Of a stretch of 64,000 nt of DNA, positions 24,901 to 39,900 are shown piece by piece (the first letter of the stretch is position 1; the number at the start of each line of letters is the position of its first letter). The stretch covers positions 126,382 through 190,381 of the forward strand of contig NW_005434597.1 in assembly GCF_000315625.1 (NCBI RefSeq), in the 5' to 3' direction. Under the pieces are notes generated by a model. The model saw nothing but the letters and a program-made list of their open reading frames with translations, searched no databases and was not told the origin of the DNA. Source of the stretch: Guillardia theta CCMP2712. Lineage: Eukaryota; Protista; Cryptophyta. The translations under genes were made by a program, and so were the position numbers.

Positions 24901-27900
24901 CTGCAAGTATCAGCTATTCTGGGAAGACTGTTCCTGGAGGAAATTTTGCTATTCAACTCAAGGATCAAAATGATTTCCTGATCGAATACGCACAAATAGC
25001 CGCTCCCCCGATATATCCTGATATACTCCCTAACGTTAATCTGTCTGGAAAGGTTTTCAGACTCAACGGATCTCGATCGAGTTCGATAGCAAGCTTTGAG
25101 GTTTCTTTCTTGAGCACATTTGACCTGTTCGTCGATTATGAAATCCACGTGATGCTACCACAAGGATATTTTGTGGATGTCTTATCGTTCAACTACACTT
25201 TATATCAAATGTCTGATGTGATACAACAAGGTAACTTTGAATCTGTAAACTCGTCTGCTATTCCGCAACAGGATACTTTCTCCGTATTTCTCCGCATCAA
25301 GCTTAACAGCTCGGTCCTGTCGATCAGTCCATTGATGCTAGCCTTCAACGGCATTGGAATCTCAAGGGGTGGTACACAAGATAGGTTGCACAACTTTTAC
25401 ATTGCGACGACGACAAGCAATTGTCAAGAATTCGCAGCATTAGAATGCCCCTATGCTCTGCAGTCAAATTATGCCGTAAATTTGTTTCCGCAAACTCTTC
25501 CTGGTGAAATTTACAACCTCAATGTTTCGACGAACAGCAGTGCCGCAGGGAATGATGCATTACTGTCTATATCGTTGGAGACTTCAAACCCCTTCCCCGC
25601 TAGTGGTATTGTTGATGTTGAATTGCCACAGAAGTTTGAGATAAGTGGACCTCTTTCAATAAGCTTGCAGAATTTCACGTGCTACACTAGGTGCAATGCT
25701 TCCTCCTGCACTTCGTATATACCACCGGTGGAAATTTCAAACAAAGATTCGATCTCCTTTCAAGTACGATTCGGAAACATGGAAGTCTCTTACTGTAAAA
25801 GCGCAAGCCCCATATTTCCTTCTTCCCTACAGGTGTACTCAACCAAAGCATCATTGTACGACCCCAACAACGTTGGCATCTTCGTCTCGTTTTCCGTGTT
25901 TCCGGTAACTCTCAGGCGGTTCTCGGGCAAAGATGGAGCGTATTCATTGAAGGTAGAAGACACGCAAGGTTCAATCATAGACCAGGGCAGTATTCCTGCC
26001 AACTTCATTTATCCAAACACTCTCTTATTTGCCTCATCACAGAAACTAAATCAGGCTGCATTTGACTACGTCGGTATAATCTTCCGTTTCCAGGTTTTCA
26101 ACCCCATACCAAGCGGTGGAATGTTCGCAATTCATTTTCCGATAGGATATCATATCCAGCAAGCTAGATTCCTTACAGGTTGGATTGGTTGGTCATTCGA
26201 GATTCCAAGCTCTGGTTTTCAACCATCGCAAATCATTTTAATCAGCAACAACTCAATGTTTATTGCTCCTCCTGCATCCGTGCAGAGTCAAATGTACATC
26301 AATATGATCATTGAAAATATAGCTGTGCAGTCGTACGCAAACGATGGATCTTTTGGCATTTCGACTTATTTATCTCAGAATGTGTCTCTTAATGAAAACG
26401 AAATTGACTTTGATTCACAAGTAAGGCTAACTGGGTCAGCACCATCCTTGTTGCAGAACGTTTCCATACTCATGAATGGGAAACAAACAGGATTTGAGAT
26501 TCATTTTTCGAGTGTTGTTCCTATCCAGAATCTTTCAACAATAATGTTTTCAATTCCAACCAGTGCACCAGATCCATTTAATGTTACAAGTTTCCAACTT
26601 GATGATCAGAGCTTTTGCTCAGACAAAGGTGGTCAATGTCTGTACGTCAAGAAGTCGAACTTGACACCCTTGATCGTCTCAGCATTTCCTGATGTTGTCT
26701 GTCAGGGAACCCGAGAGTTGATAGTCCTGATTGGGACGAATTTTGATGGTGCAAATTCCGAGTCTCTCCACTTCTCGCTGGGTAAGTTTGATACCAGTCG
26801 TTCGAATAGCCCCTTGAGAATCCATTCAATCGTTTCTTCGGATATTCTTATTTTGCAATTGGATTGCACTGGATCGAATCAATCGTGTGTAAACTCAAAT
26901 TCGTCATTCCAGACAGAGATGCTACGAGTCTCAACTGATGGAGGAAAACGTTTCTGCGAAAGTACTGTGATGATAACATTTGCATCGCCACATTTAAATT
27001 CCTCTGGATTAGAATGTAGCAAACCTATCATTTCACCCCTGACGCTGTCGAAGAACTATTTTGCTCTTAATTCAACAGAGGTCCTGGAAATGACAATTTT
27101 TTCTCGCAACATCAGTTTGGATGCATCGCGACTGAAGTGTGTCTTCTTTTCAAACTACTCTAGCGATACGTTTGTTGGTTTGAATCACGATCCTGCATTG
27201 CTCTTTAGGGTGAACGATTCAGGCTTTGATGCATTTCTTTACCAAATAAGTTGTGCTTTGCCAAGGGAAGCAAATGAGTATGCTATTGAGGTGGGCGTCT
27301 CCCTCAATTCATCACAGTTTCAACGATCTGGAAAGAAGCTTGCAATTTTTCTTTATGACAAAGTGGAGGAGGTGGTAACACGGCGTATTCAGTTACAAAA
27401 TCAAGATTACATCTATTTCTTTTCACATCCTTGGCATCCTGGATCTGATGTGCCTCATTCTCATATAATTCAGGTAGGCACAGACCTTTATGTGATCTCT
27501 CGATCAGAGTCTACTACATACAACTGTACATTCAAGTACGGAAGCTATGATAAGCGATGTGTTGATACCAAAGCTCGGCATGAACACTTTTTCATTCTAC
27601 CACAAGGTATATCTGACATCCCCAAAGTGAAGGTGCAAACACCGCCGTTGGGGTTTCCTGTTCCATCTTCCAACGTTTTCGGCTTTGGAGTATACGATCA
27701 AGTAGACCCTGGGTATTCAAGCAAACTGAAGAACATAAGCTTAGCGCATTGTTTGATTGAAAACTATGGAGGAAGTCGCATTGAAATTCGAGCGCCAGCA
27801 GCAATCCTGCCGAATCAACATGTCAAGATTTCTTTCGAAATATCTGGCATTTTCCCCTTTCCAAATGGCTCCTTTCAATTGGCTGTTTTGACCTCTAACC

Positions 27901-30900
27901 AAAGTTGTACAACTCCGTGGACATGTTCGATGATCGCAAGGTCGCTAAATGTTAGTGACGTCGTTCTTCAGCCTGATTACTTTCGGCAACCATCTGTGAC
28001 ATCGGAAAATTTCTCAATCGCTTTTAATGGGTCCTTGACATTCCGAATGATGACTGTGAAATCGATTCCTACATCAAGTGTGATTGGCGTTATTTTACCG
28101 AAAGATTTCAGACTTTCTTGGAAATCTGAGATATATTCTCAAATTTACACAAGACTGATCCTTGAGAATTCAACAAACAACACCAGTAATCTTTCATGTT
28201 CAAATTACAGTGACTTTGCACAAAATTTGTCCTGCAGCATGTCCACTAACTACTCTGCTAGCAATCAAACAAATGTTCAAAAAACTCAGGAATTGACGGT
28301 GAAAGTACCTTTCAATGGGACCTTCACACTGAAAACATTAGGATCTTTTCTGCCAACTCTTCAGATTTACCCCTTCTCAGCCCTGCCCTCGGCATTAGTT
28401 TTCGTGAATAGCACCATTCCGTCTGAGTCAGTGTTTGAGTTTGTTCTGACTGACGTGGAATTCCCTTGGTACACCTCGTTAGAAGCGTTGAATTCAAGCG
28501 TATTTGTAGCCCAAGCATATTTGAACAAGGCTTTCATAACTCAGTATTCTACCGGATTCCAGTTACAACCATTGAAACCAGGATTAATATCGCACATTAG
28601 GATTCAGTCAGAGTCGTTGTATGCAGCTAATTTGTTTGCTGTTAATGTTTCATTCCAAATATCAAACGAAATTCTCAACGGATCTTTCAGGGTACAATTC
28701 CCCTCCGACTTTCAAGTTCTTCAATACGAAAATGTTACCTTTTCAATTTATGTTCAGGACACAGATGTAACAAGTGTTTCGAGAGTATCTTTCTTTGATC
28801 GGAGATCACTTGATATCAAGTTTGGAATAAGAATAATTTCGAATTCGAATGTTCGTCTACATATGAGAAACATTCTTGCATCACAATTTGCAGGATCCAT
28901 TCATGATCTTTATACTGTGAGTAGTTTGGCAGCCAATGGATATCTTGTAGATCGAGGTGAATATGTCTGTAAAGGTTGCCCATTGGTCGAGTGCTGTCTA
29001 AGACCAGGTGTTTTTACATCTGCTGCTTCTCCCAAGTCTGCTCTGACAACTGGTTCAAGAAATGTTATTCAGGTCCAGCTTTCAACAGCTTTCAAGTGGT
29101 CCAAGAATTCGACTCTGAAAATCTCTCTTCCGATCCACTATTACAGTTGTGACAATCTTACCCGTGGCGAGCTGCTAATTACTCGTCAAGATGGAACCAA
29201 TCAGTTTTGCGCCATCTCAGTTACATCCGACTTAACAAAATCGTGTGCTCCAAATTACATTTCACCGAATTGTAGTCAATTACAACCATTCTGTTTACCC
29301 AATTACAATCATGATGTAGTACAGTCAGTCCAAGTCAAGCTGTTGGATTCTTGTATAAACTTATCCGATGTGAAGCAGTATACTTTTTCGTTGCAGGTCA
29401 GGGCTCCGAGCGCAATCTCAAGGTCCGACTTCTTTGTCTTTGAGTTTATTGATTCCCAATGTTGGTACAATGATACTTCATTGTGTATCAAAAGCGTAAT
29501 TGATGCGAGAAACCAGTCGTCTCTGGTTGTGGAATATTCGAACTTGACATCTCCAAGTTTGGTCCTGTCCAACAATATAAGCAATTTCTCTTGTGACAGC
29601 TTGTCTGTACAGTTTCGACCGTATATTCCAGTGCCTGTGAAAGGATATATTTTCATCGACCTGCCGATAGTACTCACGGTAGACACAAGTCTGCAAAGCA
29701 ATATCAATCTTTCTGTGGACAATAAATCGGTCGTTTACGACATGAACAGGAAAGGACAGTCAATTTCACTTCGTCTAATCGACACAGACATCTATCAAAA
29801 CAGTCTAGTCTCGGTGACATTTCTGTGCATTCAAAATAGACTGAGTCAGCTCCGACAAGATGTACTTCAGACAAGAACTGCAGATGAAACATTGAATTTC
29901 TTCCAAAGAACATACTTGCCAGGTCCCTTGTTTTTCTCATTTGACACTCACTAACTTTGTTGCAGTGCTGTTGCAATCGCGGCTGTTAAATGGCGCTATA
30001 CAAGTTCTTTCGATCTGCACTTGTTCAAATTATATGCTGTGCCAAGGATCCTGCATAACTTCTGAAGACCGGGTTCGCATAGCTGGTGTCCAAAGTTATC
30101 AGATCAACTTGACAGCACCTCAACAGTTGTTGAATGGCAAGAACTTTGTGAGTGTAGTACTTCCTGCAAGTTTCGACATCTCCAAGTTTTCATTCATCTC
30201 GATGGATGTATGGTGTTCTCTAATTCTCTTGTCTCCACCTCGTATTTCTTGCAGAATCCTTCGTTCAATACCTTCTTATAGCACTGTTTCCGTTCTACTT
30301 GGAAACATCATCAGTCCACTTGCATACGATCAGAGTGAGGTTTCAGTGTATCTTGAAGACGCAAACAGATATATCATAGCTGCTTTTTCACACAGGTTTC
30401 AGATTTATCCAGGCTTGCTACTCAATTATCAGGCATTCTTCCACAATTTTCCTTTCCCCGGCAGGAGTGTAACTTTGGATCTATCCTTTAATGCCACGTT
30501 CCCCGCTGAAGGATCATTCGTCCTGACCCTCCCCACGTCAATGTATGTCACAAACGCAACGAACAATTTCAAGCTACTGGCAGGTGGCTGCATCAATCAA
30601 TACAACTTTACTCCTTGGACCCCCTATTCTCTTATCTCTTATTTCAAGACAAATAGAACATGCATAGGGCGAGTACATTTCGTCTTTGATGTATTTCTGA
30701 AGGAAGTTTCCAATGATACACAAATCTTGACATCCATGTTTGAGGGAAATGCATATACTGGATCCTTGCTCGGAGAATTTAGTGCTCCCACAAAATATTT
30801 CGGAAAAAGTGTAAATATCAGTGAAATTCAAATTCAACAAAAGATTGGAAGCTGCTCCGATACGGCGGACTGTTTTGTGATAGTCAAAATATTCAATAGC

Positions 30901-33900
30901 ACATCTCAAAACTTTGTTGTGAGCTTGACTGATTTGAATTACACCTTTACAATGCCTGTGACTGCGTGCAGATTTCAAAATTGTAGTTATCCTGCGACCG
31001 GAGACTTACAACTCGATTTTGGTTATGGGATAGTCGACACCAACTCTTCTCATTTGCAATTTCAGTTCAAATACAATGCCATGAATTCCATGAATGACAC
31101 AAAGAATCTCAACTCGAACACAATCACGTTTTGTTTGTACAGAAGCAAGCTATTTGCGGGATGTAGTACTGTAAATATTGAAGGCAAACCTCCAAGCCCT
31201 GTCATCACAGACCTTTTGCAAACAGGAGTGGGAATAGTTCGCATTCAACTTTCTCTGGACGACAACTTCACTTACCTTTCTTTGGAGGCCATCGCCTTGT
31301 CTGACAACGGATACCAGACGCGAGAAGTTTTTCCCTGCTGCAGCATAGGACTTGCGGGTTGCTGTCAGCTGCGAAATGTCGAATTGGGAAATCTTTCAGC
31401 TGGACAGGTTCGCTTTGCCCTCATTGCTAACGGTCTTGCCGGTGCAAGCCCGATCAGCAATTTCTCTTGGTTCTATGTCATAGGGTTGCCTCCCATACCT
31501 CAAAACCTAATAGCAGCTTATGTGCAGAATAGTTTTGATTTCAACCTGTCTTGGAATCAGATTCCTTTACAAAGCCCGTACTTTCGCTTTTATGAGCTGA
31601 GGATCAATGATACTGTGATCAGTCTGCCAATTGAGACTACAAGCTATCTCGTACAGCAAGTAGGAAACATTTCAATCATACCAGGCACAGAATATAATAT
31701 TTCTCTATCAGTGTCCCTTGCGAACCTGAGCTTTCCTGTTGGTTATCAATCTAGACAAAGTATCAGCGAATTTTTATCCTTCAAGACCCTGTCATACTTG
31801 TCCCCACTACCAATTATTCGGTCTTGCCCAAGTGGACCATTGTCAATCTTGGTGCAGCTGTATTCTTTCTCCTTCATATCAAAGATTACTGCAGAGGTAT
31901 ACGTTTTCAATGAATCTGATCCCTCCATACTGTGCTGTGCACGCAGCACATGTTTGATAGATGCAAGCCAACATCTATGCAGCCAATCATGCCCTACTGC
32001 ACTCGGTTTGGATTTGCAGCAGAGTGTCGAAAAATTTACCTTGGTAAAATTTTCTGATGAGTTGAATTGGAACTTTTACAATCTATCTCGAGGCTTTTTG
32101 TACACGATCATCTTCACGGCATACAATCAGATTTCGAGCGTAAGCAGCAATGTCACGGTGCAGGCGATTGACAGGAATATCCCAGCAATCTCAGGTGTAT
32201 GGTATAATCTAGTCAACATCTCTGGATCCTTACAGCTGAATATATCCTGGCATGTACCTACCTACCCGATCGACTTTCATACAGAAATTTTGATGAACTC
32301 TCGCCGATCATTCTACCTCCCCGTGATACCACAACAAAATTCATCTTATACAGACACTGCAGAACAGCAGTACATTCAAACTTACAATGCAAGTGACTTA
32401 GATTATACAACCGTAAACGGGAATCATTTCATTGTATATTCCAATAGCTTTCACAGTACAACTCACCCTGCTGAGGTTCTAGATTCAATCCTCTGGCAGG
32501 TCAGCTACATCTACATTTACAACAGCAGTGCTGGAAAATTTGCGGGAGCTTGTGCTCTCAATCAATCTTGCTCCTTGTTCATATCGAGCTCAAACGGCAG
32601 TTACATGCAAGCTAATTCAACCATCTCAGATAATCTCATTTCGACAGGTGCATACCAAGTATTGAATTCTTTTGGTGCAATCAAATCAAAATTTGTCTTT
32701 CTCGACCAAGAATCATATCTAGTGATTGTGAATTCACTTGTTCCCAAGAGCTACTTTTGTTCGCAAAGGAGTGAGACAGGTATATACGGACTTGCGTGCA
32801 CAGGAAATCTTACATCAAGCATTGATGATTGCAAATTGAGTTGTCCACAAGAATGCTTTTGCATGCCAGCATTGAAAGGATCCCTGAGTCCAGAGCAGGT
32901 TGGTCGAGCCCCAGAGGTGACGCTCTACAAGTACAACTCTAACTCATCACTGTTTGAATATCATTCTGTCGTGAATCGATTTGCAGAAGCTCAATCTCGA
33001 CCTTCTGGTGTGGACTTCTTAGATGTGCAGCTGTGCAACAATAATCTAAATATATCTTGTCGAGGGAGCACAGAAAATTGCTCTTGCAAGAATGTTTCAT
33101 TTCTCATAGTAACTGACCAGGTAAACGACTCTGTTGTTTTCTCGTGGGACTCTAATCTTCAACGATTCATCCTTCACCAAACTCTGCGAGGGATTGGGAC
33201 GGGGTCGGTGGCATCGGTTCATGCGATTACGGCTCATGGAATATTCTTGTTCATCCTTAATCAGGGCCAAGTGAACAACACTTCAACAGCGTCGGCTGTG
33301 TACAAGTTGAATGGGACCGAATTCATCCGTGTGTCTTCCTTCCCATCCTACCAGGCTAGTGGCATTTCCCATTTCGCTGTGGGAACCTCTGATTACATTG
33401 TTGTATCTAATGGTGGATTGAATTCATCGGTTGGAAAGAAGTGTACAGGAGTTGTATGTCGAGGCAATCATTGCGCTTGTGATGGCACGGCTGCAGCATG
33501 TAATGTTGATGCCTGCCCCATTGTTTATCGTCTTGAGAATGATTCTCTGATGTATCTCCAAACTTTACAAGTTGCCGATGCGACCTCGGTGGAAACTTTC
33601 CATGTAAGGGACTCAGCTTTCGAAACAAATCGTGACTACATCATATTTTCAACGAGTCTTGGAGAAGGCTCAGGCGCCGTATACTCGGAAATTTTTATAT
33701 GGAATACTACTCTGCAGCAGTTTTCTCCATTGATCACGTTTTTCAGCGGGCAAGTCACTAGATGGCGGGTGTTTGTGATGGATCAAGCCGTATATTTTGC
33801 ATCTGCGATTCGTAAACAGTCGAGCCTCAGCACAGCTTCGTGTCAAGCTCTGAATGGGCTGTGTGCAGTGACCAACAGCATCTGCTTTCATCCCTACGAT

Positions 33901-36900
33901 GGCTCCCCTTGCATTTCCGAAACATGGGCGATGTTTCCACCACAAGACAAGCTTTTTGCCGCACTTTCACCCATCCTCAGGACTGACTCCTGGCCTGCTT
34001 ATCAACTAGTCTCCATCTTGAATACAAGCTCGAACTATGCGGTGAAATATCGCCTTGAAGTTGGAGAGGAGTACTCCCTACAACTTCGTGGAGTGAATCT
34101 GTTGGGACAAGGCCCGTTATCTTCACCCGTAGTTTTCACCGCAAAAAAGCTTCCAGAGGCTCGATGGCTTCCTGCAACATACTATCCGAATTTTCAGTTT
34201 CAGCTCCATTGGTTTCCGCCAAATTATGATCCAGAAATTTCAATCTTGGAGTATAGACTTCAACTGTTTCTGAACTGTGCAGACCAAAGTACTTCGTACA
34301 ACGCTGTGGCATGTTTACTTGGGGTGAAGCCGACGTCATGTTGCAGACTTGGAGAGACGTACTATCTTGGAAACGTCACTTCATACCTTCTGTTCCTTTA
34401 CAACGTAGACATCCATCAAAGAGTAGACTTGTACCTCTACCCTGTTTTTCAAACTACTCAATATCCCTATATTCAGTATGGGGCCCCTGCTGTAAGCAGT
34501 ATTTTCACGGTCACGCAGCCGTCAGGGGTGAGAAACCTAGAAGTTGGTTCAGCTTATGGACGGAATAGAATATTTAGCGGATGGCAGTCTCCTGTGGACT
34601 TCGGCATTGGCCAAGATGATCCATTGCATTTCTCAAAGCAGTATAATCTCATTTTCTTTTACAATCTGACTGTAATTGGTAGTGATGGTACAGAACATGT
34701 CCAATGTGTTGCATTAGACGGAACTGGATGTGATTGTGGAAATCTGCAGAGTTGTTTCCAGGCTGTGCAATTTTTTGTAAATGTACAATTGATTTCTCCT
34801 TCACAACAAGGAATATTGAGCTCAGAAATAGCATATTCCATAAAGGTTTCTATGAAAGTGTCGAATTTTGATGGTATTTTGCTGTTTGATACACCAGTGG
34901 CTGAAGGAAGCGTTTGTGCTGAAGAATTCCCTCTAAGTCCGACCAGCTTATCCGTGAGTAACGACGGGACCGGTAGCTTCACTGCTCATTGGATAGCAGA
35001 AGTTAACGGTCCATGTGGAAAGAATTTTATTAGCAATTTCCTTCTGCAAGTATCGGACCATGATTACTTTTATCCTATTTATGACCAATATAATTTCACA
35101 GATCTCAGTAGCGAGTGTGGAATACTTGGGCAAGTGACAGGAATATATATATCTTGGCAAGAGCGCACATGGCACTCCCCAGGGTTTGTGGATGGGCACC
35201 AGTATCATTTCCGAATCTTTTCACAAAATCCTTCTGGCACCAGCCTCCCTTCCAACATAGTTTCTATTTTCAAGAGAAATACTCTACCCATAGCTTCTTT
35301 TGGAATTCCAGGCACTGAAGTGATCTACCCAGAGAGCGTATCGCTTCGCTTTACAGTTTGCTTCCCAGAAAATTTTTCAATCCCATACTTGCATGTAAAA
35401 GCTTGTCCAATTTCGCTTTGTACTCAGCCTCTCTACCTACGAATCTGGGTTCAGCAGAATTGTTCTGAATATCGAGTTCTATTTCCAAATCTTGTGAAAG
35501 GGACTTTTTACAAGTTTGATATTGTAGGACCTTACAAGAGGCCCAGCGATGTTTATTCCAAAACGATCTATGAAAGGAGTGTCGGGCTACCTGGATTGAT
35601 TGACCCGAACTCTGTGATTGTCTCCAATCCCTTTGGGAAATCTGGAAGTCTGGAGCTCTCCTGGCTCCCACCTGTGGAGAAAGGGTTGGGCAAGGGAAAT
35701 GATTTCTTGTTGGTAAATTATTCTGTTTCCATGTATACTTCTTTGGACAAACCTCCAAATCAAACAATCATTGTCAGTGCTGTTTACAATGTTTCAGAGC
35801 AAATACTCAGTGCAGGTTACAATTTATCAGAGCAAAATGCGCAAACTGGCACTTCTGAATACACTTCTCAAGGAGTCCTTGATCCAAGATTACGAATCTA
35901 CTTTAAACTTCCTGTGAATATTTCGGGATTCAGCGATTCTTACACCAACAATATGAGCCTCTCTGGTAATGGATCCCGTCTGATGAACAAGCATTTTCTG
36001 TCTCTAATCGTTGATGGTTTGCTTCCAGGGCAGACTTATTTTTTCACAATCTCTGCCTCCAATTTCCTCGGGTATGGACCTTCAGTGGGTGTCAAAGGCG
36101 AGATATTTGGGAGGCCCAGGTTTCATCCACAAGCTCCATCACGTTTCAACGTCGATGGAATGAACGATGCTTTCAGTATGACATGGCATCTAGATCGCAT
36201 CACCCAAAACTATAGATACCTTGAAACTGTCTCAGCATTCACACTACAGGTTGAAAATGGTCCTGTCATCAACAATTACACCATTTCCAATCGGACATTT
36301 CGATACGGCCTTACTCTTCCTAGAAAGAACAAGACCGAACAATTTTGTTTTTCCATGTTTGCTTACAATGAAGTGGGGCGAAGTCCGTCATCCCAAAGAA
36401 TTTGCTTTAATTCTTCAAATTTTACTGTTTCAAACTACAACATCTCGAAAGTCTGTAATTACACTGGATGTTTCATAGTTTGGCCGGACTTTCTGAATGT
36501 GGAAGCTGGTACGTTGTATGGAGTAGAATTGGAGTATTGCAGAAAACCATATCCATGGAATTCCTTCGGTAGGTCACCATGGTGTGACACAGAGTTCATT
36601 TCTGAGTCATCGTGCAACTTCTCGAATTGCGCGACAAATCTCTACGGCATATCCCTAGGAGCTTCATTTCCTGTGCGCTATCGGATTTGGAAAAGTGTTT
36701 CAAACCTTGGAGTCGAGAGGATTTCTAGTGAATGGATAAGTGATACACTTTTCTTTGATCCGCTTAACAGCGGAAGTGTAATTTTTACAGGCGTTTCTTT
36801 GCAACAAGCATCCCAGAATGCTGTACCACAACTCAAGTTGATCGTTGTCGTGAAAAACGTGAGATTCTCTCTCAACACTTCTTTCTTAAAATTGGTGTCA

Positions 36901-39900
36901 AAGAAGAATTCGTCCAACAGCCTTATTTTAAATTCGTCTTCTGTTTCTATACAGGGTAAGACTTTTGACTGGACCCTTTCGACCATCACTTCGATACTTT
37001 TACTGAACAGATCTGATTTGGACAATCAGTACGTGGGGTTTGTTGGAGACAGTCAAAACGGTTCAGGGGATGCTGTGTATGATTATTTGACGTTTCCATT
37101 ACGTATCGATTATCCACTCACATATATATCTTCCATTCATCCATCTGAAGGATTGTTTTATGGGTTTGGAGTCCTCATCGTTGTGCGGGGTGATATTCAA
37201 TGGAAATCCACTTACCATGTGTACTCCTTGGATGGATCTACTCAATCTACCCAGATGGACTTGAATGCAAACGATGAGGGGTATGCGGCGTTTTCATTCT
37301 TCTCCCCTATGCTGCCTGTTGAATGCGGACAATCGTCTGTTACAAAGAGCTTTGTTATCGATGAATTGAGTCTTGAGTTTTCCTTGAAATATCACTCTAG
37401 TTGTTCAATGTTTGCATCAAACTTTGTCCCCAAACAAATGCAGCTCTATAAGCATATTCGTGCAAACTTCTCTTTGTTTAATTACCATAAGAACATTTCA
37501 AGCTTCAAAGATTGCAACCTCACTTTTGTCAACAACTCTATTCTTTGGAAACAGTTTACAAATGTGAGCTTCAATGGAAATGTTGCGGATTGCTGTGGCA
37601 TGTTGGTAAATCAGAATCGAAGCGAAATCTTAATGGAATGTCAAATTCCTCCGCTAAAGCATTTTGAGAGTGAGGTTCAAATTGCTATTGATTCTGTGGT
37701 CCTGACCAAATTGCCGACTGTCGGGGAGGTGTTAGTATCTCGTCCATACTTGTCATCCAGTGCATTAGATTTTGATAATTTTGCCAAATTTCTTTATGTA
37801 CCGGACTACAGAAAGCAGGCAAGCGGGCCAATAACGGTCAATGCAACTTTGAACCACTTGGTCATGGAGATAGAAGGGTTTGGAACAGACTTTGCTGGAG
37901 TGACAGATTTTGATGTCAGATTTTCATGCACAGAGCTTGGATACACCATTAATACCTTTAACCTATCCCTCGTCTTTCAGACAAGCTCAAGAGTACGGCT
38001 CACGGGTGCGGTAGACTTCACGAGAACCCAAGCATGTCTGTACACATTTGCCGTGTCCATTCATGGGTACCTTGCTTCATCTTTGCAGGATTCAGTATTC
38101 GTGTTTGGTCCGTCATTCCAGCTGGCAAGGCCAAACACGTGCATGCCTGCAGTGGTTCGACGGATAGAACCATCCTCTGTCATGTGCAACTATATGCAGA
38201 AGGTGGCAGTATTTCTCGAAAATTTTCCACAACATTACGATCTATCTGATGTGCACATATCTATCAGAAATCAGACGATGGATTTTGTATTGACGCAGCA
38301 GTCATCAGGCATTTCAGTATTTACCATAACTGTTCAGTATGTGATTTGTGGATACCAAACTATCAAAATATCAATGCTTTCCCGAAATTGTACTTTCTCG
38401 ACGTATAGCACCTTGTTTCTTGAGGATCCAACCTTGCAAAGCTTTTTGACCGTGGAACCATCCTTCATATACTCACAGAACCAATCGAGTAAAATTTCCC
38501 TCAGGTTTGGGTACACATGGACCTCAAGGCCAGCCGAGTTTCAAATCTTTGTGGGGTCCGAGCGAGTGCAGGACTTTCAGCCAAGCTTGAGTGGCTCTGA
38601 AGTCACCCTTGAAGTTTCGATTCCTCCGTTGAAGGGAGGGCTCAATGTATCGCACATCGTCCTGGTCTCAACAGAAGATGGCTGGACGTACGTGGGGGAG
38701 TTGCGAGTGTTGGCCAATCCTCCCGTCCAATGCAACATTTGGTCTCTCACAAGCCTTGGGAATCACACTTATTATGCTGTCATCTCTGACCTGCCAGTTG
38801 TCACTAATTCCTCCTCCCTTGAAGCATTCATTGAAGGCTCCACCAACGGAAGGTCGATTCATGTGTGGGTTGAGGAGAGCTCAATTGTAAGCAATCCCTA
38901 CACTACCTCGCTGTTGTTTCACGTCAACCTTGACTATAAGGGCGCACCCACCTCGAACAAGACATACGTGAACTCATTCCCTGCGTTTACCTTGCGGTAC
39001 AAAGAGCACTTTTGTAAAAGCAACATCAGTATAGACATTCCTTCAATGTATGTTATGTCAGCAGTTCACAACGTAAGTTGTTCTTCCGACGAAGCAATTC
39101 TGACTGTCAGACACATGCCATTCGTAAATTCCTTGTATGAAGTCATTGTCTTGAATGCAGCAGGAGATATTTTTGTGCCGAATAATTTGTGGCATGACAT
39201 GTATGATGCGTCCATTACCTATCTTCAAATTCTGCAAGGAATCGCATCGTCAAACAGCATGTTTCATCTGAAAATAAATGGATCGGAAATGTACTCGACA
39301 TCTTTTCAATCGCAACCTTCGAACAACCTCTGTGCTGTATATAGGGCTCCTGGGCCGTTTCAGAAGCTAAAGCAAGTCCTTCCCTCGATTGGACCGGCTT
39401 CGGGGGGATACCATGTGGCCTTGATGTTCGAAGGTTCCATTCCTAGACAAGACATCATTCCGAGGGTTTGGTTTGGCAGTACGGAGGCTCAAGTGGTCAA
39501 CATCTCCTTGCACATGGATGGAAATTTCATCATGACGGTTGTTTCGCCTCGTCAAACATCTGTCGGTCTGATAGATCTCAACATATTGCTTCAAGACCAG
39601 CGCTTGCAATCACAATTGATACGTAAAAACTTCATCTATACCGAAGCTATTACAATGCACGTGATAGCTATCGAGCCTTCCGAAGGTAGGCAATATCAGC
39701 CTCTGATTGTACAGATATTTTTGCGAAACATTGTAGATACGTCGATAGAGAAATACAGCGTTGTTTTCGGAGAACGGGTTCAGCTCATTCAGAACATAAC
39801 CTTAATGGCAGAAGACCGAGCAACTTTAACCTGCGAAATAGTGCCTTTTTACCCTGAGCTTCAGGTTGGAACAATATATTTCTATGATACTTCCATTCAA

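Noticed and set aside
29923-29965. Programmed frameshift or operon-like overlap between ORF2 and ORF3
   Set aside because: A 43-nt intron with a CACTAAC branch site and TGCAG acceptor restores the frame exactly; ORF3's TTG 'start' is inside the intron.
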